Source of the DNA: an uncultured Chloroflexia bacterium
GTDB taxonomy: Bacteria; Chloroflexota; Anaerolineae; Anaerolineales; Anaerolineaceae
Length of the DNA: 64,000 bases
Assembly: GCA_963810385.1 (NCBI GenBank)
Contig: CAWENA010000003.1
Location: 70,646-134,645, forward strand
Direction of reading: 5' to 3'
Positions 57,518-64,000 of the stretch are shown piece by piece. The notes below the pieces were generated by a model. The model made no database searches and was not told where the DNA came from. It saw only the letters and a list, made by a program, of their open reading frames with translations. Every line of letters starts with the position of its first letter. Positions within the stretch are counted from its first letter, which is position 1. The position numbers were made by a program, and so were the translations under genes.

Positions 57518-59197
57518 ATGTTTAATACCTTACTGGATAAAGATAAAAGATTGACCTTAAGATTCATTAATACTGTCACGGCTTGGCATTTCTTTCTATC
57601 AATATTTGGAATTTTCATTTTATATTTTGCTATTTTTGCTCAATTGCTGGATAAACTTCCGTCCTGGCTGAGAGTAATTGCAATCATTTTTTCCATCCTT
57701 TACATTATTGCCAGCTTTTATGCCGGGGTAAATTTGCTCAAACGAACCCGCCGGGGAAGGACCGCTTCCCTGGTGGTCAACTACCTCGGATTCGCCCTCG
57801 CATTAATCGCCTTGCTGCAGGGATTGGGTATCTTTTTGGGGGTGGATGCCCTGGCAAAAACTTTCGGATCAGGCATCCTGTGGCTGGCGGGTGTGGTAGC
57901 TGGATATTTGATCCACGCAGCCGGGGATAAATTTCACCACAAGATCAAGGTTGAGGAGTGGTTCCACCGCATAGGGAAATATACCGCGGCAATTTTTTTC
58001 ATCATCTTCCTGATTCGCGTAGGCTTGCTGCCAGCCCTTGCATTTCTCGGAAAACGATTGATCATCCCGGAAAACCTTGTGGTTGCGCTCGTTACCATGC
58101 TCTTTGCAGCAGCCATCTGGATGATGTGGCGCGAACCAACTGCGATCATCCTGCACCGCAGCAATGCTCAGACAGAAGCCCTGGAAGGATATCTATTCCT
58201 TTCCCCTAACCTGCTTGGCTTTCTGGTCTTTTTCGCTTTCCCGCTTGTGTTTTCTTTCTTTATCAGCCTCACCGATTGGGACGCATTTGGTAATGCCAAT
58301 TTCATCGGTCTGGCGAACTACTTCAAAATATTCCAGTTGAACCTCCAACAGCTTGCCAGCCCCACCCAGGATTTTATTCAGGTTATGGATGGCGCCATCT
58401 TCAGTGAGTTGCTTCGATTTGATCTTTTCGGCCGGAATTTTGTCCTCGGAGCAGCGGATGCCCGTTTCTGGATCGCCTTGAGAAATACGCTTGTGTTCGG
58501 CATCGTTACTGTTCCTCTAAGCGCCATTCCCGCTTTGTTCCTTGCAAATATCCTCAATTCCAAGATCCCCGGGATGAAGTTCTTTAGGGCGATCTACTTC
58601 CTGCCGAGCATCGCCGCGGTGGTTGGAATTTCTTTGATCTGGCAGTGGTTGTACAATGCCACGATCGGATACATCAACTACTTCATTACTCTCGGCGCGC
58701 AATTGATCAATTCCGTTTTTGCCACAGGTTACCCGATTGCCCAGATCCGCTGGCTTTCAGAAAGTCGTACTGCCCTGTTGGCGATCATCATCGTTTCTGC
58801 CTGGCAGACAATGGGCTTTAACACCGTCCTCTTCATGGCGGGTTTGCAGAACGTTCCCAAGGAACTGTATGAAGCGGCTACGGTGGATGGCGCAGGGAAA
58901 TGGGCGAAATTCTGGAAGATCACCCTGCCGCTCCTGGCTCCCACGACATTTTTTGTCATCACCACAACCACGATCCAGGCTCTTCAGGTATTTGAACAGG
59001 TCTTCATAATGACCAATCCTCCCGGCAGCCCGGGCACTTCAACGCTGACGATCGTGCTGTACCTGTATCAAAACGGTTTCCAGCGCTTCCAGCAGGGATA
59101 TGGCGCGGCGATTGCCTGGGTTTTGTTCATAGTCATCTTCGCTGTTACGCTGCTTCAATTCCGCAGTCAGCGCAGCACCGGCGCGTATGATGTGTAG
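57518..59197 (+). CDS. Sugar ABC transporter permease (MalF-like) with a ~215-aa extra N-terminal membrane region
   Basis: The C-terminal ~300 aa have a permease core with an EAA-type loop (LYEAATVDGAGKW). The N-terminal extension contains several predicted TM helices. Confidence 0.85.
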   Translation: MFNTLLDKDKRLTLRFINTVTAWHFFLSIFGIFILYFAIFAQLLDKLPSWLRVIAIIFSILYIIASFYAGVNLLKRTRRGRTASLVVNYLGFALALIALLQGLGIFLGVDALAKTFGSGILWLAGVVAGYLIHAAGDKFHHKIKVEEWFHRIGKYTAAIFFIIFLIRVGLLPALAFLGKRLIIPENLVVALVTMLFAAAIWMMWREPTAIILHRSNAQTEALEGYLFLSPNLLGFLVFFAFPLVFSFFISLTDWDAFGNANFIGLANYFKIFQLNLQQLASPTQDFIQVMDGAIFSELLRFDLFGRNFVLGAADARFWIALRNTLVFGIVTVPLSAIPALFLANILNSKIPGMKFFRAIYFLPSIAAVVGISLIWQWLYNATIGYINYFITLGAQLINSVFATGYPIAQIRWLSESRTALLAIIIVSAWQTMGFNTVLFMAGLQNVPKELYEAATVDGAGKWAKFWKITLPLLAPTTFFVITTTTIQALQVFEQVFIMTNPPGSPGTSTLTIVLYLYQNGFQRFQQGYGAAIAWVLFIVIFAVTLLQFRSQRSTGAYDV

Positions 59198-59206
59198 GAG
59201 AGAATC

Positions 59207-60415
59207 ATGAAATCATTTCGACTATCCCGGATCCTTTCGAACACCGCGGCATATCTCATCCTATCAGTATTTGCGCTGGCAATGCTGTTTCCATTCTTAT
59301 ATATGTTCTCTACCTCCTTAAAAACGCCCGACGACACTTTCAATTACCCGCCCAGGTTCTTTCCAAGAGAGAATGTGTCCATTTCCATGGCCGGTTATGA
59401 GAAGCCGTTGGATCTCTATTTCATCGAAGTGGATGGCAAAAAAATGGAGTATGCCCTTGTGCAAACAGGAGTCCCCTCTGGTGTTTTTATTGACCCATCC
59501 GATCCCGAAACCACCTATTCGCTTCCATTGGAAAAAGTCCAGCTTATTGAACCGCCCAGGGAGGCGTTGTCGCCGGACGGTACATCTCAACCCCTGTACA
59601 ATGCAACTTTGGACGGCAGCCCGCGCGAATTGGTGATGCTGAATAAAACCGCACTGGGTCGATTCGTAGATCCGGAAGATAACAGCAGGGAAGCATTTCA
59701 GGTCGTGCGAACCAGTGAGCCGGTAACCCGTATCACTGCCCACCCGGAAAACTATACGCATGTGATGACGATGGAGAATATGTCCCGGAGTCTGACCAAT
59801 ACCACACTAATAACGATCTTCGTGGTTCTTGGCCAGATGATCACCTCTGTCATGGGTGGATATGCCTTTGCCAGGTTACGCTTCCCTGGAAGGGATAAGT
59901 TATTCGTATTCTACCTGGGCACCATCATGATTCCGTTCGTTATGCTCATCATTCCTCTTTATCAATTGATGGTGCTCTTCGGCTGGACCGATAAATTGGC
60001 GTCCCTGATCTTCCCCTGGATTTTCACGGCCTATGGCACTTTCCTGATGCGCCAGTTCTTCATCACGGTGCCCAAGGAAATTGAAGAAGCTGCTCTCATC
60101 GACGGCGCCTCCCGTTTTGAGATCCTCTATCGGATCTTCCTTCCAGCTGCAGCCCCCGCCCTTGCCACCCTGGCGACCTTCACCTTCCTCTACGCCTGGA
60201 ACAGCTTCTTCTGGCCGCTCGTCATCATCAACACCGGGAACCTCGACAACCACGTCCTCACCCTTACGCTAAACATGCTGCGGGGCCGCGCTTCTGATTC
60301 TGCTAATCTCATCCTGGCCGGCGCAGCGATCTCGATTCTTCCCCCGTTCATCCTGTTTATATTTGGACAGCGCTTCTTCATTGAAAGCGCCATGGGCAGC
60401 GGGGTAAAAGGTTAA
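59207..60415 (+). CDS. Sugar ABC transporter permease (MalG-like) with a large extracytoplasmic insert after TM1
   Basis: EEAALIDGASRF EAA loop. About 140 aa of hydrophilic insert lie between the first two TM helices. Confidence 0.85.
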   Translation: MKSFRLSRILSNTAAYLILSVFALAMLFPFLYMFSTSLKTPDDTFNYPPRFFPRENVSISMAGYEKPLDLYFIEVDGKKMEYALVQTGVPSGVFIDPSDPETTYSLPLEKVQLIEPPREALSPDGTSQPLYNATLDGSPRELVMLNKTALGRFVDPEDNSREAFQVVRTSEPVTRITAHPENYTHVMTMENMSRSLTNTTLITIFVVLGQMITSVMGGYAFARLRFPGRDKLFVFYLGTIMIPFVMLIIPLYQLMVLFGWTDKLASLIFPWIFTAYGTFLMRQFFITVPKEIEEAALIDGASRFEILYRIFLPAAAPALATLATFTFLYAWNSFFWPLVIINTGNLDNHVLTLTLNMLRGRASDSANLILAGAAISILPPFILFIFGQRFFIESAMGSGVKG

Positions 60416-60466
60416 TGTTATGTTATTCTTATCAATTGGCAAATCAATGCAGCGGAGAAATTTGCA

Positions 60467-61987
60467 ATGAAGAAACAAAATGGAAAATACGCTCTTTACA
60501 ACAACTCGATCTCTAAAGGCAAGTCTTCTGCCGCTGACAGGTGGCAGAAGTTTTTCGTAAACAAATTTAAGTACGATCCAGCTGAAAAATATCAACTGAG
60601 CCAGCGGCATAACCCTTACCTGGGTGATGTTCTTGGAATTCAGGATATTATACGCGGCGGAACGGGTGCGCCGATAGCAACTGGCAACTCAGTTGTAGTC
60701 TCAACCATCCGCATGGGTTATGGTCACTATCGCATTGCCATGGCTGGCGCATCCTGCGCGCGCGCCATGGGCTTCACACCCCTCTGGCTGGACCTGCTCT
60801 CCATCCCCGGTATAACGACCGATGTGATCAACTGGTGTAATACAAATTACAGCTGGTTTTCAAGATTATCCCAAAGCAGTGGTTTATTTAACAAATACAT
60901 CTGGGAATCTCTGACGACCGGGGACCCATCACTGCCGGGATTAACCGAAATTCTTAACAACTGGATCGTTACCTGGCCCTGGCGCTTCATAAAAACAAAT
61001 GTCAAAGATTACAAAATGTCAGAGCTATTTCGCAATCTTTATGAAGCGCTGCCATCCGATATCCCCATGCTGACAGCCCACATGTGGACATGCATGGGCG
61101 CAGTTGCCGGCGGTATGACCAATGTAGTGGATATGATGTTTGATAACTGGCCAATGGCTTTTCAGTTGACAGAAGGCGCGAAGCATGCCGTTCAGTCACC
61201 GTCTGGTTATTATGGTTTTCGTTCGATGCGTGGATTCGACGATCGTGGAAGGACCCTCAACCCTGTTCCGCCAGAGGCGTTATTCTATACCGGGCATCAT
61301 GTGGATCACGAACTCGTCGAGAACATCGAAGTGGATTGTGAAGCCAGGCTGAACAGAATGGCCAACGCCGAACCCCGCAGATTCCTGCTGACCATGGGCG
61401 GCGCTGGCGCGCAACGGGAATTGTTCAAAGCGATCATCGAACACAGTGTGCCGCTCCTCCAAAAAGATAAAATTGCTCTGTTCGTCAACCTGGGCGACCA
61501 CAAAGCCAACTGGGATTGGATGCAGGCAGAGTTAAAGGATTTTCCCGGTGAAATTCACACTCATTTTACTTGGGAGGAAACCAGCAGCTTCGTCGATTCC
61601 ATCCGAACCAGACCAGCCAGCGGATTGCATGTTTTTCTGCATGATAATACCTATCACGCTGTATATGCCACAAATTACCTGATGCGGGTGATTGACGTGA
61701 TGATAACCAAGCCAAGCGAACTCGCTTTTTACCCGGTTCCCAAGATTTTCAATGAACGCGTTGGGGGTCATGAGATGTGGGGTGCCATCCGCGGGGCGGA
61801 ACTGGGTGATGGCACTGTCGAAGCCCGAACAATTCCTCAGGCCCTGCAGGCAATCGATCTCCTGACCAATGATAACGATCTGCTCAAAATGTTCTGTGAC
61901 TGCATCGTGAAGAACAAAGGCATCGGCATCTACGATGGAGCTTATAAAAGCGTCGAGTTAGCCACAGGGAAGAAATGGTCCCGGTGA
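60467..61987 (+). CDS. Uncharacterized protein, possibly GT-B fold (MGDG-synthase/MurG-like)
   Basis: STIRMGYGHYRIA near the N-terminus and LLTMGGAGAQRE mid-protein resemble GT28-type motifs. Weak evidence. Confidence 0.45.
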   Translation: MKKQNGKYALYNNSISKGKSSAADRWQKFFVNKFKYDPAEKYQLSQRHNPYLGDVLGIQDIIRGGTGAPIATGNSVVVSTIRMGYGHYRIAMAGASCARAMGFTPLWLDLLSIPGITTDVINWCNTNYSWFSRLSQSSGLFNKYIWESLTTGDPSLPGLTEILNNWIVTWPWRFIKTNVKDYKMSELFRNLYEALPSDIPMLTAHMWTCMGAVAGGMTNVVDMMFDNWPMAFQLTEGAKHAVQSPSGYYGFRSMRGFDDRGRTLNPVPPEALFYTGHHVDHELVENIEVDCEARLNRMANAEPRRFLLTMGGAGAQRELFKAIIEHSVPLLQKDKIALFVNLGDHKANWDWMQAELKDFPGEIHTHFTWEETSSFVDSIRTRPASGLHVFLHDNTYHAVYATNYLMRVIDVMITKPSELAFYPVPKIFNERVGGHEMWGAIRGAELGDGTVEARTIPQALQAIDLLTNDNDLLKMFCDCIVKNKGIGIYDGAYKSVELATGKKWSR

Positions 61988-62085
61988 GTGTTTATTCCGT
62001 CCTGGATTGATCGGTATCCAAAAGTGGGTGGTTATTACCATGCCTAACCTGATATGCTTCCCAATGTTATTCTGGGAATAGGAGA

Positions 62086-62997
62086 ATGATGGGTCTTTTC
62101 TTGATCATTTTACCTGCAGTCGTGATCCTGTTACTGTTGGCCGGGTGGTTCTTTGCCAGAATAATCATTTATCCCAAAAGATTTGGCAATGAAGAGACTT
62201 ATAACCTCGAAAAAGACGGAGGAAAGCTGGTTGAATTGGAATACAATTCCTGGAAGAAGGAAGAGATCTGGATTCCATCTGATTATGGGTATTTGCTTCA
62301 TGGATTTTTCTTCCCGATTGAAGGGACAGCGAGAACGATCATCTTTTCTCATGGCATCACATACACCCTTTATGGCTCAGTGAAATATATGAAAATGTTC
62401 CGAGAGCTTGGATTCAATGTCCTTATTTACGATAATCGGTTCCATGGTTTGTCTGGCGGTAGAAACTGCACCTTCGGATACTTCGAAAAATTTGACCTGA
62501 AGTCGATCACCACCTGGCTAATAAATAAAACTGGCCCTCAAACCATCATTGGTACTCACGGAGAATCGATGGGGGCAGCTATCTCATTGCAACATGCCGC
62601 AATCGACGATAGGATCAGATTTACCATTTCGGATTGCAGTTTCAGCATGCTGGCAGATCAATTATCCTACCGGCTAAAAACTGAATATTATTTGCCCAAA
62701 TTTCCATTCATGACACTGGCCAACATCATGACCCGTTGGATGGCCGGGTTGGATATTAATAAAATTTCTCCCGTCATGGCAGTACAGCAGTTCGCCGCAC
62801 CCGCCTTGTTTATTCATGGATTGGATGATCACTACATCCCTGTTTCCATGGCTCATGAATTATTTGAACACAAAATGAATGGTCCGCGGGATATTTATCT
62901 GGCTTCTATGGCTGGCCACGCAGAATCGTGCTGGAGTGATCCAGTGGAGTACACACGAATTGTTCAAAAATTTCTAAAAGAAAACAATATTATTTAA
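62086..62997 (+). CDS. Alpha/beta hydrolase with N-terminal TM anchor
   Basis: HGESMGA nucleophile elbow, D and H near the C-terminus. Confidence 0.8.
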   Translation: MMGLFLIILPAVVILLLLAGWFFARIIIYPKRFGNEETYNLEKDGGKLVELEYNSWKKEEIWIPSDYGYLLHGFFFPIEGTARTIIFSHGITYTLYGSVKYMKMFRELGFNVLIYDNRFHGLSGGRNCTFGYFEKFDLKSITTWLINKTGPQTIIGTHGESMGAAISLQHAAIDDRIRFTISDCSFSMLADQLSYRLKTEYYLPKFPFMTLANIMTRWMAGLDINKISPVMAVQQFAAPALFIHGLDDHYIPVSMAHELFEHKMNGPRDIYLASMAGHAESCWSDPVEYTRIVQKFLKENNII

Positions 62998-63023
62998 TAA
63001 AGCTTCATAAAAAAAAGGTGATC

Positions 63024-64000
63024 ATGTCCACATTAGCTGAATTACACGAAGAAAAAGTACCCCTGAAAAGTAAGATCTGGGTATCCATAGCAGATGCTTC
63101 AACCGCCATGCTCAATACTTTTGTTGTGAGTATTGGGTTGACATATTACTTTACCAGTTACCGAGGAATGGATGCAGGGCTTGCAGCTACTGTCTGGATA
63201 TTGTTCGGAATTTGGAATGCCGTTAATGACCCATTGTTCGGGTATATAAGCGACAGAACAAAAAGTTATTTGGGCCGCCGCATCCCATATATCAGGTTTG
63301 GTGCGCCAATCATTGGGTTGTCTTTTGTGCTTTCATGGGTAAACTTCGGGGGTGTCCAAACAAGCCAGACAATTTTATTCATCCAAATGCTTTTGCTGCT
63401 ATTTATTTTCGATTCACTTTACACTGCAATTGCAACTAGTATTTATGTAATGCCTTTTGAAATGGCGGTTTCCAATAAGGCGCGCAGCGGCATCTTTATC
63501 TGGAAGCTGATATTTTCAGTTTTTCCACTGGCGATTCCATTGGTGCTCTGGGGCATCATCAAACCGGAACCCGGCTCAAATGCTTTTACATTTCAGTTGA
63601 TCATGACTGCTTTTGGCATTGTAATGGCAGCTTTGATCTTTACAAGCACTTTTTTTTACAAAGAAATGCATTATCAGCAAGAAGATGAACAGCTTCCTTT
63701 CCTGAAATCTCTAAAAGAGTGTTTCAAAAACCGGTCATTCATCATTTTTGAGGTGATAAGCTTTACTATCATCTATGTACAAACATCTTTAATGCTTGGC
63801 CTCAATTATTATCTGTCCGAATTATCTGTTCCCGCAATGGTTGTATACGGTGCGCTTGCTGTCGGTATTGTGGGCGGGGTGTTTCTGTTTGTAAACATGC
63901 GCGAACGGTGGGGAATTAAAGGCTGTGTGATGGCTATGGCATTGGTTTTTTCTATCGGCTGTTTTATTATGCTCGGTTTTGGGCGCGAAGTCATTCCCGC
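63024..64000 (+). CDS. GPH/MFS-family glycoside-cation symporter; N-terminal part only, runs off the window's right edge
   Basis: I translated the frame from the ATG at 63024 and it stays open to the end of the window. NAVNDPLFGYISDRT and GRRIPYI are GPH signatures. Absent from the ORF track because there is no stop in the window. Confidence 0.8.
   Translation, partial: MSTLAELHEEKVPLKSKIWVSIADASTAMLNTFVVSIGLTYYFTSYRGMDAGLAATVWILFGIWNAVNDPLFGYISDRTKSYLGRRIPYIRFGAPIIGLSFVLSWVNFGGVQTSQTILFIQMLLLLFIFDSLYTAIATSIYVMPFEMAVSNKARSGIFIWKLIFSVFPLAIPLVLWGIIKPEPGSNAFTFQLIMTAFGIVMAALIFTSTFFYKEMHYQQEDEQLPFLKSLKECFKNRSFIIFEVISFTIIYVQTSLMLGLNYYLSELSVPAMVVYGALAVGIVGGVFLFVNMRERWGIKGCVMAMALVFSIGCFIMLGFGREVIP

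Overview
This window looks like a chromosomal segment of a Chloroflexota/Anaerolineae-like bacterium. That placement is inferred only from gene content and the Pro/Ala-rich lipoprotein linkers; no search was run. All family calls come from motif recognition by eye.

About 55 genes are present, and most are housekeeping or transport:
- purB-purA-hpt, pdxST, tmk, surE, a very long secA, and mscL.
- A LacI-controlled sugar ABC operon.
- A glycosyltransferase / radical-SAM envelope cluster.
- Two tRNA-Ser genes.

The points most worth a second look are:
1. **Selenocysteine candidate.** A lipoprotein that fuses a DsbA-like domain to a cyclophilin-like domain has a single in-frame TGA exactly where the first Cys of the CPYC redox motif should be. 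A SECIS-like hairpin follows at the expected spacing.
2. **tRNA 3'-end array.** Four tandem ~88-bp units lie downstream of tRNA-Ser(GCU). Each copies the tRNA 3' end and carries a terminator-like hairpin, resembling att-site scars.
3. **Decaying toxin cassette.** A short RHS protein is followed by an AT-rich cassette. Its HExxH metallopeptidase toxin domain and a lipoprotein immunity-like gene are broken by frameshifts and a nonsense codon.
4. **YtrA-type operon.** A GntR / SPFH / SdpI-like / ABC operon has four tandem TTGTAT repeats at its promoter. A 20-nt palindromic repeat brackets the SdpI-like gene.
5. **Orphan P-loop protein.** A 591-aa protein carries an HPr-kinase-like P-loop.

Several other genes appear split at short homopolymer runs. 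These could be real decay or assembly error.
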